Below are positions 16,248-25,170 of a stretch of 64,000 nucleotides of DNA, piece by piece (within the stretch, counting starts at the first letter, position 1; each line of letters starts with the position of its first letter). The DNA lies in assembly GCA_036513095.1 (NCBI GenBank), contig DATBZR010000078.1:15475-79474 (forward strand). The letters are read 5' to 3'. The position numbers were made by a program, and so were the translations under genes. Under the pieces are notes generated by a model that was not told where the DNA came from, did not search any database, and was given only the letters and a program-made list of their open reading frames with translations. The stretch comes from Candidatus Dormiibacterota bacterium (GTDB taxonomy: Bacteria > Chloroflexota > Dormibacteria > Dormibacterales > Dormibacteraceae).

Positions 16248-17333
16248 CTGCGACTCCGCAGGCTCCGACTCAGAAATCACCGTAACTACGCCCAGCTAGA
16301 TCTGGTCCCCGGGCCGGGAATCAACGTCTTCATAGGCGCCAACGGTCAGGGCAAGACCAACTTGCTCGAAGCCGTCGCGATGCTGGCCCTGTCGTCCTCC
16401 CCCCGGTCGCGCCGAGAGCTCGAGCTGGTCGGTCCCGTCGCCCCGATGTCGCGAATCGAAGCCGAGGTGGAAAGTGGAGGCATCACCGCGGAGCTGGCCA
16501 TCACGCTGACCATCGAAGGCGAGAGGGCGCGGCGGGTGATCGAGGTCGACGGGGTCCGGCGCCGGGCGTTCGACCTCCCGGGCCGCTTTCGGGTCACCCT
16601 CTTTTGGCCCGACGACCTGGGCCTCGTCAAGGCTGGACCAGAGCTGCGGCGCCGCTTTCTCAACCAGATGCTGGTGCAGGTCGAGCCCGGCTATGCCCGC
16701 GCGCTGGCCGGGTTGAAGCGGGTCGTGGAACAGCGCAACAGCCTGCTCAAGCGGATCGCCGCGGGTGAGGACGGCGGGGACGTGCTGGAGGTCTGGAACC
16801 AGGAGCTCGTCCAGCTTGGAGGCGAGGTCGCGGCGGCTCGGTCGGCGGCCGTCCTGGAGCTGGAGCCGGAGGCTGCCCGATGCCACGCTGAAATCGCGGA
16901 CGGCGAGCGCCTGGAGATCCGGTACGAGGGCCCTCCACAGGATCTTGCCGAAGCTGTGCATAACTCGTTGGCTGAGGACCTCCGGCGAGGTTCCACCACG
17001 GTCGGTCCGCATCACGACGACGTCCGGGTGTTGCTCGAGGGCCGGGACGCCCGTGCCTACAGCTCGCAGGGTCAGCAGAGGACGGCGGTGGTGAGCCTGA
17101 AGCTGGCTGAAGCGGCCCTGATGGCAAGGCGCACCGGCGAGCGTCCCGTACTTCTCCTGGACGATGTTCTGTCCGAGCTGGACGGAGAACGCCGGGGCGC
17201 CCTCCTGAGGCAGGTCGCGAGCGCCGGCCAGGTCATCATCACCTCGGTCGAGGCGGGTCCGTTCCCACCAGAGCTCATTGCAAATTCGATGGTCTGGACC
17301 GTGACCGAGGGCAGGATCGAAGCCTGTGGATAA
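16248..17333 (+). CDS. recF: DNA replication and repair protein RecF
   Basis: The track ORF (TTG 16362) begins inside the Walker A region. The same frame is open back to 16218 and encodes L-RLRRLRLRNHRNYAQLDLVPGPGINVFIGANGQGKTNLLEAVAML. No ATG, GTG or TTG is available, so CTG at 16248 (2 nt after the dnaN stop) is the only plausible start. Confidence 0.85.
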   Translation: MRLRRLRLRNHRNYAQLDLVPGPGINVFIGANGQGKTNLLEAVAMLALSSSPRSRRELELVGPVAPMSRIEAEVESGGITAELAITLTIEGERARRVIEVDGVRRRAFDLPGRFRVTLFWPDDLGLVKAGPELRRRFLNQMLVQVEPGYARALAGLKRVVEQRNSLLKRIAAGEDGGDVLEVWNQELVQLGGEVAAARSAAVLELEPEAARCHAEIADGERLEIRYEGPPQDLAEAVHNSLAEDLRRGSTTVGPHHDDVRVLLEGRDARAYSSQGQQRTAVVSLKLAEAALMARRTGERPVLLLDDVLSELDGERRGALLRQVASAGQVIITSVEAGPFPPELIANSMVWTVTEGRIEACG

Positions 17334-17625
17334 GTTGGGCAATATCCTGCCGAGGGTGCTGCGCCGGCAGCCTGGCGGCGCCAAGTTCCTGGGTGTCCAG
17401 GTGGCCACCGCGTTTCGCATGGTGATCGGTGCGGAACCCGCCGTCCTGTGCGATGAGATCGAGCTCCATTCGGGCACGTTGGTGGTCACCACGTCGAGCC
17501 CGGCGCTCGCCCACCAGCTGCGGCTGGATTCGGAGCTCATCCTCGCCCGGCTGAACGATCTCAACCTGGGGCGCAAGGTGCGTGCGCTGCGGATCCGAAT
17601 CGGGCATTCGACGCCTGCGCAATGA
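17326..17625 (+). CDS. DUF721-family protein (DciA-like, candidate replicative helicase operator)
   Basis: 99 aa, in the conserved position just after recF. Contains ...LHSGTLVVTTSSPALAHQLRLDSELILARLN, typical of DUF721. The GTG start overlaps the recF stop. Confidence 0.7.
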   Translation: MDKLGNILPRVLRRQPGGAKFLGVQVATAFRMVIGAEPAVLCDEIELHSGTLVVTTSSPALAHQLRLDSELILARLNDLNLGRKVRALRIRIGHSTPAQ

Positions 17626-20348
17626 GCACACGCCTGGGTGCCGAGCAGCGCGCGGCCGCAGCGATCGGAGGGGGCCCGATCCGCGTCGTCGCGGGGGCCG
17701 GCACTGGAAAGACGGCGGTCATCGCGGAGCGCTTCCGCCGGCTGGTGAGCGGTGGCGCTTCGCCCGGATCGATCCTCGTCATGACCTTCACCGAACGCGC
17801 GGCGGCCGAGATGCGCCAGCGCATCGAGGACCAGATCGACGTCGTCGTTCCGGCGGTGGGGACGTTTCATTCGATCGCCCTGGGCTGGCTGCGCGCCGAC
17901 GGCGGCGCCGTCGGGGTTCCGGCCGGCTTTCGAATCCTGGCGGGCGCCGACCGCTGGATTCTCGCCCGTGAGCTGATGTGGGAGCTCGGCGACAACGCCC
18001 TCACCGGCGACGATCGGCCGGACGACCTCGTGTCACCTGCGCTGCAGATGCTCGAGCGGATGAAGCAAGAGCTGGTGCCCATCGCAAAACTCGCCGCTTG
18101 GGCCTCCTCGACCGACGATCGGGAGCGAGGCGACCTGATGCGCGCCTGCGTCCGCTTGTTCCGGGCCTACGAGAAAGCATGTCGCAAGCACCGTTACCTC
18201 GACTTCGAGGACCTGCTCGTGCTCGCCGTCCGGATGCTCGAGAGTCAGCCGCGGATCCTGGACAGGTACACCGACCGCTACCGGAACGTGCTCGTCGACG
18301 AGTACCAGGACTTGAACCTCGCGCAGGAGCGCCTGGTCGAGCTGGTCGCCTCGAGAAGCGAGCCGTTCGTCGTGGGCGACGACGATCAATCCATCTATCG
18401 ATTTCGCGGAGCCTCACGGGCCAGCCTCGAGAGGTTCATCACCAGCTTTGCGAGCACCAGGACCCTGACCATGGGGCGGAACCGGAGAAGCTCGCGGCGC
18501 ATAGTGGCGGCAGCAGCCACGCTGATCGGAGGAAACGCCGATCGCCTTCCGAAACAGCTGATCTCCAAAGTGGCCGGACCGCAGGTCGAGCTCTGGAGCT
18601 GTCCCGATGGCGTGACCGAGGCCGCCGCCATCGCCGCTCATGCAGCGGACCTGGTTGAACGTGGAACATCGCTGCGCGCGATCGCGGTCCTGTGCCGAAC
18701 CAATGCGATCGCCCGTCCCATAGCGGCGGCACTCGCGGCCCAGGGACTGCCCCACGTGGTGATCGGAGGTCGTGGCTTTCACGACCGGGCGGAGATAAGG
18801 GACGTCATCGCGCTGCTCCGAGTGCTGCTCGATCCTGGCGATGTGGTGGCGATCGCCCGGGCCATCACGCGCCCGCCCTGGAGCCTCGATGCTTCGACAG
18901 CGCTGGCGCGGCTCAGGGATCGCGGCGAGCAACCGCCACTCACCGCAATCAGGGCGTGGTCGCCGGCGGCGCCGGCAGCGAGATTGCTGGAGGAGCTCGC
19001 ATCGGATGCGACCCGGCTCGATGTCCGTGACCTGTTCTTCGAGCTGATGAACCGCACCCGCTACCTCGAGGTGGTCGGTGACACTCTCGAAGCCGGCGAG
19101 GCGGCGCGAGTCACCGCGAACGTGAGCCGTTTTGCCGAGATGATCGCCGAGTTCAGCGAAAACGTACCGGATCGGTCTCTCTCCTCATACATGCGGCACC
19201 TCGAGCTCGTCCTGCTGTCCGGGGAGGACGAGGAGCCGGCACCGGTCGAGACCGCGGACGACGCGATCCATGTCATGACCATCCACCAGGCCAAAGGTCT
19301 GGAGTTCGACGCCGTCTTCGTGCCGGGCCTGGTCGAGGGGCGCCTGCCACAGTCCGGAAGGTCACCACGCTTCGAGCTTCCAGCCGCCGTCCTGGAGCCT
19401 CTCGTGCGAGGTCGAGAGGACGTCGTCGCAGAGGAGCGCAGGCTGCTCTACGTCGCGATGACCCGTGCGCGACGTCACCTTTTCCTGACGCGCGCCTCGC
19501 ACTACGAGGGCGGCCGGCGATGGAGGGATTCGCGGTTCCTGGATGAGGTTCGCGCAGCCGGCCCGCGCACCGTCTGTGAGCGCACGTTCGAGTCTACCGC
19601 TCTGCCGGCGGAACCTCGGAGGGCGGTACCAAGAAAAGGCGAGGTCGTGCTTTCTTACAGCGCGATCGCCGCCTACCGCGACTGCCCCCGCCAGTACTGG
19701 TACCGGCAGGAGCAGCGGCTGCCGGCGGTGCAGAGCGCCGAGGCGGTGCACGGGGTCATCCAGCACGAGGCCCTGCGCCAGGCGGGAGAGGTCCGCAAGA
19801 GCGGAGGGAAGGTGACCGCCCGGGGCTTGAGATCCATCCACGAAGAGGTCTGGCGCCAGAGCGCATTTCCGGATGCCCGGCGGGCGCCCACCTTCAAGCG
19901 GATCGGTGCGGCTCAGCTCGAGGCGTACCGCAGCCGGGGAGGATTCGATGCGTCACCCGAGTACCTCGAGCATCCGTTCAGCGCGGCGGTCGACGGCTGG
20001 ACGCTTCGCGGCGTCATCGACCGCATCGACCGAACCGAGTCAGGCTGGCGGATCGTCGACTACAAGAGCGGCCGGCCACAGACCCGCACCCGTCGCGACC
20101 TGCAGGTCGCGCTCTACGCGCTGGGCGCGAGCAACGCTCTGCGCCTGGATCCTGTGGAGCTCGAAGTCGTGTACCTGGCGACGGGTGAGAGCGTCAAGGT
20201 CGAGAAGGTCACGGATCTCGTGGCGGAAGCCACCGGCCAGGCCGCGGAGGTGGCGGAGGGAGTGAGAGACGGAAGGTTCGAGGCGCGGCCTGAGCGAAGG
20301 CGCTGCCGGCTCTGTCCCTACCGGCTCGCCTGCGGCGAAGCCTTGTAG
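17622..20348 (+). CDS. UvrD/PcrA-type superfamily-1 helicase fused to a C-terminal PD-(D/E)XK, Cas4/AddB-like Cys-cluster nuclease
   Basis: Helicase motifs AGAGTGKT, VDEYQD, VGDDDQSIYRFRGA, HQAKGLEFD and YVAMTRAR. The C-terminus has CPRQYWY..., GVIDRID...IVDYKSG and CRLCPYRLAC (Cx..CxxCx5C pattern). Confidence 0.85.
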   Translation: MSTRLGAEQRAAAAIGGGPIRVVAGAGTGKTAVIAERFRRLVSGGASPGSILVMTFTERAAAEMRQRIEDQIDVVVPAVGTFHSIALGWLRADGGAVGVPAGFRILAGADRWILARELMWELGDNALTGDDRPDDLVSPALQMLERMKQELVPIAKLAAWASSTDDRERGDLMRACVRLFRAYEKACRKHRYLDFEDLLVLAVRMLESQPRILDRYTDRYRNVLVDEYQDLNLAQERLVELVASRSEPFVVGDDDQSIYRFRGASRASLERFITSFASTRTLTMGRNRRSSRRIVAAAATLIGGNADRLPKQLISKVAGPQVELWSCPDGVTEAAAIAAHAADLVERGTSLRAIAVLCRTNAIARPIAAALAAQGLPHVVIGGRGFHDRAEIRDVIALLRVLLDPGDVVAIARAITRPPWSLDASTALARLRDRGEQPPLTAIRAWSPAAPAARLLEELASDATRLDVRDLFFELMNRTRYLEVVGDTLEAGEAARVTANVSRFAEMIAEFSENVPDRSLSSYMRHLELVLLSGEDEEPAPVETADDAIHVMTIHQAKGLEFDAVFVPGLVEGRLPQSGRSPRFELPAAVLEPLVRGREDVVAEERRLLYVAMTRARRHLFLTRASHYEGGRRWRDSRFLDEVRAAGPRTVCERTFESTALPAEPRRAVPRKGEVVLSYSAIAAYRDCPRQYWYRQEQRLPAVQSAEAVHGVIQHEALRQAGEVRKSGGKVTARGLRSIHEEVWRQSAFPDARRAPTFKRIGAAQLEAYRSRGGFDASPEYLEHPFSAAVDGWTLRGVIDRIDRTESGWRIVDYKSGRPQTRTRRDLQVALYALGASNALRLDPVELEVVYLATGESVKVEKVTDLVAEATGQAAEVAEGVRDGRFEARPERRRCRLCPYRLACGEAL

Positions 20349-21568
20349 CGGGCGGCCAGCAGCAGGCACTCGCGAGCTATGTCCGAGGAGGCATAGGGAT
20401 GCGCCAGCTCCTGCGCTTTGCGCGACATCTCTCGCCACGTCGGGCCGCCCTCGGCCAGCACCCTGACCTCGTCCAGCAGGTCCGAGTCCTTAGGCGCGTA
20501 GGCGCCAAATCCTGAGTCGACGACATAGTCGACGTTCGGCGTTTCCTGTCCGGGCAAGAACCCCGTGATGATCAACGGAATACCTGTGGCCAGCGCCTCG
20601 GCGATCGCGCCGGGACCCGCTTTGGTCACGACCATGTCGCACGCGCGCATCAGCTCGGGCATGTAGTCGACAAATCCCAACACCAGCGTCGGCGTCGCGA
20701 AGCGAGGCTCTTCCAGGCGCCGGCGAAGCTTTTCGTTGCGTCCCGCCACGACCACGAGCTGCCATTGGTACGGCTCCCAGGCAAGGGCGCGAACCTGCTG
20801 GGTGAGGTGTCCGACCCCGGCCGCGCCGCCCATGACCAGCACCGTGAATCGATCCTCGTCCAGCCCAAAGCGCCGGCGCAGCGCCTGCTTCTCGCCACGC
20901 GCGGGTGGCCTGAACCGGAGGTCGACTGGCAGGCCGAGAAGCTTGACCCGGTCGGCCGGCACCCGCCGCCGCAGCGCCACCTTGCGAGCCAGCTCTGTGG
21001 GGGCGATCACAAGGTCGGCCTGGCTGAAGGTCCAGCCCCGGTGAAAGTCGACGAGGTCCGTGATCACCGTCATGAGCGCGCGCGGCCGGCCGCTCTTGCG
21101 AATCGCCTGGTGGCTGATGTGGTTCAGCAGTGGGTGGACAGACAGCACGACGTCGGGGTCGTGCGCTTTCAAGAGATCCAGCACCGAGTTGCGAACCCCT
21201 GGTCCGAAAACGGCGCGAATCGCCGCGAACGCAGCCCTGGTGTTGCTTGTGTGGTAGACCGCCCCCCAGGCAGCGCGCGAGCGCCGGATCACCGGCGAGT
21301 AGAGCGAGGCTAGTCTTCTGACGACCGCCGGGCCCTGCCCGATCAATGGATCGGCCACCGTGATCACGCAGCTGGGGTCGAGCAGCTTGAGAGCATCGGT
21401 GAGGGCGCGAGCGGCGGCGCGGTGACCTCCACCCGTGTCACTGAAGAGGATCAGGATGCGTGGGGAACCGCCTGCCGGTGTCGGTAGGAGGGGCGGCGCC
21501 GGGGGATGGTCGGCGTCGGCGGGCTGGGCGCTTACTTCCGTCGCGCTGCCGCGCGGCGCGCGATCCAC
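20318..21568 (-). CDS. glycosyltransferase family 28, MGDG-synthase-like (diacylglycerol glycosyltransferase)
   Basis: ILILFSDTGGGHRAAARAL (MGDG_synth N-terminal motif) and a C-terminal GT-B fold (VTKAGPGAIAEA). The N-terminal 40 aa and the start are uncertain. Confidence 0.75.
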   Translation of the reverse strand: MDRAPRGSATEVSAQPADADHPPAPPLLPTPAGGSPRILILFSDTGGGHRAAARALTDALKLLDPSCVITVADPLIGQGPAVVRRLASLYSPVIRRSRAAWGAVYHTSNTRAAFAAIRAVFGPGVRNSVLDLLKAHDPDVVLSVHPLLNHISHQAIRKSGRPRALMTVITDLVDFHRGWTFSQADLVIAPTELARKVALRRRVPADRVKLLGLPVDLRFRPPARGEKQALRRRFGLDEDRFTVLVMGGAAGVGHLTQQVRALAWEPYQWQLVVVAGRNEKLRRRLEEPRFATPTLVLGFVDYMPELMRACDMVVTKAGPGAIAEALATGIPLIITGFLPGQETPNVDYVVDSGFGAYAPKDSDLLDEVRVLAEGGPTWREMSRKAQELAHPYASSDIARECLLLAARYKASPQASR

Positions 21569-22122
21569 CGCATGTTGTACTGGGCCAGCAGGTAGGTGAG
21601 GAAGACCATCGCGATGATCCCGATGCTCACCCAGAGGATCGTGCGCTTGGCGAGCTCACCCGCAGGGAGCGGCGCCGCACCGGCGCCAATGCTGTTCTGC
21701 TGAATGATGTACGCGGCCAGGTCCTTGACGTCCTGGTCGGTCAGGGCGGCGTTGCCACCCTTGGCGGGCATCGCAATCTGCTTCGGGTCGCCTGCTTGTG
21801 GCGTGCGGCCGTTGGTGATGATGTCGATCAGGAAGGCGGGGTCGAGGGAGTTGGCAATCCCGGGCAGCCTGTCGATCGGGTTGAGGACCGCGCCGATCCC
21901 CCCCTCGAGGCTGGCGCCGTGGCAGGTCGCGCAGTTTTGAGCGTAGAGAGTAGCTCCGCTGGCGGGGTCGCCTGGGAGCGCCGAGCCGCCCGCCGGCGAC
22001 GGCGAGGGAGAGCTGGCCGCAAGGGTCGTGATCGCCGTGAAGGCGATCAGCGCCGGAACCGCCAGCGCGACCAGCGCGGAGAGCTTGAACCCCTGCAGAA
22101 GGCGCATGGCGCGCCAAATCAT
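21532..22122 (-). CDS. membrane-anchored class I c-type cytochrome
   Basis: N-terminal signal/TM segment, a CATCHG haem-binding motif, a distal AMPAKGG Met ligand, and a C-terminal TM helix. Confidence 0.8.
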   Translation of the reverse strand: MIWRAMRLLQGFKLSALVALAVPALIAFTAITTLAASSPSPSPAGGSALPGDPASGATLYAQNCATCHGASLEGGIGAVLNPIDRLPGIANSLDPAFLIDIITNGRTPQAGDPKQIAMPAKGGNAALTDQDVKDLAAYIIQQNSIGAGAAPLPAGELAKRTILWVSIGIIAMVFLTYLLAQYNMRWIARRAAARRK

Positions 22123-22241
22123 AACTACCTCTATTCTCAGGCCTCGGCGGGAATAGCTGCTGAGCGCGTAGGTTTTACTGGTAATGGCTTCTTGCGCGCC
22201 GATCTCTCGTTCCGGCTTCTGCTGCGTCTCACGGCGCTGGC

Positions 22242-23552
22242 TTGACGCGAGATCGGCTTATCGTGGCTGAGGCGACCCGGCTGATCGACGACCGCACCGC
22301 CCGCCGGCGGATCGCGGTCATATCCATGCACACGTCGCCGACCGCTTCGCTGGGCCAGAACGCGAACGGCGGCTTGAACGTATACGTCCGGGAGATCTGC
22401 ACGGCTTTCAGCGAACGGGGCATAGCCACCGACATCTTCACCCGGAAGCAGTCCATTGACGACCCGAGTGTCGAGCGCCTGGCCCCATTGTCGCGGGTGA
22501 TCTACCTCCCTGCGGGCAACGGGCTTGACAAATACTCTCTCTATCGCGAGGTGCCGTCGTTCGCCGCACAGGTCGCGCAATTCGCGGCCCGCGAGAAGGT
22601 CGTGTACGACCTCCTCTACTCGCACTACTGGCTCTCGGGCGAGGTTGCTTGCCTGCTCCGGCCAAACCTCGCGACCGGTTGGGCTCACATCGCCCACACG
22701 CTCGGACTCGTCAAGAACCGCACGCTCGCCGCCGGGGCAAGCCCGGAACCCGAGCTGCGTATTCGCATCGAGGGTGAGCTTGCGCAGCAGGCGGACCTGC
22801 TGATCGCTTCCACCGCCGACGAGGCCCAGGAGCTGATCGAGGGCTATGGCGCTGACCCAGAGCGCGTGAGCGTGGTCGCGCCCGGCGTCGACCTCGGGAC
22901 GTTCCAGCCGCTGGATCGGGCGGAGGCCCGGCGCGTGGTCGGTTACGGAAGCGAGCGCCTGCTGCTCTTCGTGGGCAGGCTCGAGCGCCTCAAGGGAGTC
23001 GAGATCGCGATCCGCGCGCTCGGTCTGCTGCGTGACCGCCGGCATGACGACGTCCGGCTGTTGATCCTCGGCGAGGACAGCCATGAGGGCGAGGAGAGCG
23101 AAAAGGCTCGACTCAAAGCCATTGCTTCAGAAGTCGGTGTGCGGGATCGGGTCGACTTCGTCGGTTCGGTCGCCCACCACGAGCTGCCGTACTTCTACGC
23201 CGCGGCCGACGTCTGCGTGATGCCGTCGTACAGCGAATCCTTTGGCCTGGTCGCGCTCGAGGCGCAGGCGTGTGGCTGTCCTGTGGTCGCATCGGGCGTC
23301 TCCGGCCTGCGCTCGGTCGTGCGCGATGAGGTCAGCGGATATCTGATCGACGAGCACGATCCGGCGGCGTATGCCGAGCGCATCGGACGCCTCCTCGAAA
23401 ACAGCGAGCTTGCTCAGCAGATGGGCCGTCGCGGTCGCCTCCTCGCTCAGCGTTTCTCATGGACCCGAACGGCCGACCGGCTCGAGCTGCTCTTCGAGCC
23501 CGTCGTGGAGCGAAATCAGGCCCTGGTCCAGGCCAGCGCGCGGCACGAATAG
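22242..23552 (+). CDS. glycosyltransferase family 4 (MshA-like retaining GT)
   Basis: IAVISMHTSP....GGLNVYVRE, and the C-terminal E-x7-E region PSYSESFGLVALEAQACGCPVVAS. Confidence 0.8.
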   Translation: MTRDRLIVAEATRLIDDRTARRRIAVISMHTSPTASLGQNANGGLNVYVREICTAFSERGIATDIFTRKQSIDDPSVERLAPLSRVIYLPAGNGLDKYSLYREVPSFAAQVAQFAAREKVVYDLLYSHYWLSGEVACLLRPNLATGWAHIAHTLGLVKNRTLAAGASPEPELRIRIEGELAQQADLLIASTADEAQELIEGYGADPERVSVVAPGVDLGTFQPLDRAEARRVVGYGSERLLLFVGRLERLKGVEIAIRALGLLRDRRHDDVRLLILGEDSHEGEESEKARLKAIASEVGVRDRVDFVGSVAHHELPYFYAAADVCVMPSYSESFGLVALEAQACGCPVVASGVSGLRSVVRDEVSGYLIDEHDPAAYAERIGRLLENSELAQQMGRRGRLLAQRFSWTRTADRLELLFEPVVERNQALVQASARHE

Positions 23553-25108
23553 GGAAACGACACCGGGTCGAATCGCGTAAGCGCAGTCGGCCGCGTTCCA
23601 TCCGCGTTCATCAGCCACACCTGGTTTCCACTGACGAAGGCGATCTGGTGGCCGTCCGGTGATGGCACCGGGGCTGAGAGGTCGATGTCGAGGTCGGACG
23701 GAAGGCCAGAGCCCGGGTTCAACACGGCCGCCGGCGCGACAACGTTCACCACAAACGCTTTGTGCCCGCTGCTCCCCGCCGACTGAGTGACGGCGGCGAC
23801 CACAAGGTGGGCCGAGTCGGGAAGCCAGGACGGCGACCCCAGGTCCCCGGATGCCACCGTGGTAGTGGCTCCTCCTCCGACGAGATTCTTCACCTGGAGG
23901 CTGGTCGTCCCGCCGTCGTCTCGCAGATAGGCGATCCGGTTTCCTGACGGCGCCCAGCTGATGTCGCTGACCCCGCCCGTATCCATCGTCAGGAGATAGC
24001 GAGCACGCAGGCCGACGTCGTAGCCCCACACCTTGTTGGGTGCGAGGGCGCCCTGCACGAATGCAAGCCTCAAGCCGTTGGGAGCAACCGTCGCCTGAGC
24101 AACGTCCGCTGAGATCACCTCATCGCTTCCGTCGGCTGACTGTCGATGCAGGACCCCCGTGTCGTCGATGTACACGTAACCCATGCCCGGGGCAAGTGCC
24201 GCCGCCCACGCTCCTTTGAAGTCGAGCTGCGTCGTGCCGCCGCCAGGCACGAATTCGGACCAGGTCTCTCCGTCGCCCTGGATCAGAAGACGGTCGCCGC
24301 CCGGCGACCAGCTGAATGAGCTAACAGCGCTGGCGTCGAACAGCTGGCGCGGGAAACCGGTCTCATTGACGATCCACAATCCTCCGGAGGCTCCGCCCGC
24401 GCCATACGTTGTGAAGGCCAGCCAGCCCCGCAGGACCTGGGGAGAACCCGTCGTGAAGCTGACGGTCTGGTCACGCCCGAGCTGGTTGCCATCGATGTCG
24501 AGCGCCGCCGTGTTCACGGAAACCTGATAGGTGGTGTTGGGCGCCAGGAGCTCTGAAGGGGCGATGATCGCCCGCCGCCCATCCGCGGGATCGAGCCGCA
24601 CGGCGAACGGAATGCTGGGGGCGAACGTGACCGCCGACCGCAAGCTGGTCGCGTTCATCTCGCGTGAGAAGTTGAGCGTGATATAGGCGGCGGGGTCGAC
24701 GCCGGCGTCGGCGTCGCTGGGCGTGGAGGCGGCGAGGTTCGGCGGACCCTCGGTCACAAAGGCCCAGTGGTGACGCAGCGTATACGTGTTGCCCGCGGGG
24801 TCTCGGTAGCCGGGATCGAGTATCACCTCATACGTGGTGCTGGCCTGCAATGTCGCGTGGGTGTAAACGAGCTGGCGCGGACTCTCCCATTGCACCGTGC
24901 CGCTGGTCGCAGGCGCCAGGTGGAGCCGGCTTGCGACGGACGCCTGGTCGACCTCGTGGTCGAACGTGATCCTGATCGGGGCGGCGGTCGAGACCTCTAC
25001 CGCGCCGCGTTGGGGAGAGTAGTCGACGATCTGGGGTGGGGTGCCGCCGCATGCTGTCAGCGGGAGCAACAGCGCCACAACACCTGCAATTGACACGAGG
25101 TAACGCAT
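23516..25108 (-). CDS. lipoprotein with N-terminal Ig-like domains and a TolB-like beta-propeller
   Basis: Start moved to ATG 25106-25108 (MRYLVSIAGVVALLLPLTACGG lipobox). Ig-like segments are followed by repeated ...SWSPGGDRL / ISWAPSGNRIAY / PSPDGHQIAF PD40-like blades. Confidence 0.65.
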   Translation of the reverse strand: MRYLVSIAGVVALLLPLTACGGTPPQIVDYSPQRGAVEVSTAAPIRITFDHEVDQASVASRLHLAPATSGTVQWESPRQLVYTHATLQASTTYEVILDPGYRDPAGNTYTLRHHWAFVTEGPPNLAASTPSDADAGVDPAAYITLNFSREMNATSLRSAVTFAPSIPFAVRLDPADGRRAIIAPSELLAPNTTYQVSVNTAALDIDGNQLGRDQTVSFTTGSPQVLRGWLAFTTYGAGGASGGLWIVNETGFPRQLFDASAVSSFSWSPGGDRLLIQGDGETWSEFVPGGGTTQLDFKGAWAAALAPGMGYVYIDDTGVLHRQSADGSDEVISADVAQATVAPNGLRLAFVQGALAPNKVWGYDVGLRARYLLTMDTGGVSDISWAPSGNRIAYLRDDGGTTSLQVKNLVGGGATTTVASGDLGSPSWLPDSAHLVVAAVTQSAGSSGHKAFVVNVVAPAAVLNPGSGLPSDLDIDLSAPVPSPDGHQIAFVSGNQVWLMNADGTRPTALTRFDPVSFPYSCRALAWTRA

Positions 25109-25170
25109 TCGGCTGCTACCTGCGGCTCGGGCCCACTCCCACAAGACCTCCCACTGAAGGGGGAAGGTGT

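Noticed and set aside
16296-17870. 524-aa minus-strand ORF covering recF, the DUF721 gene and the helicase start
   Set aside because: Arg/Pro/Gly/Ser-rich low-complexity translation lying antisense to three well-supported genes. This is a typical GC-rich shadow ORF.
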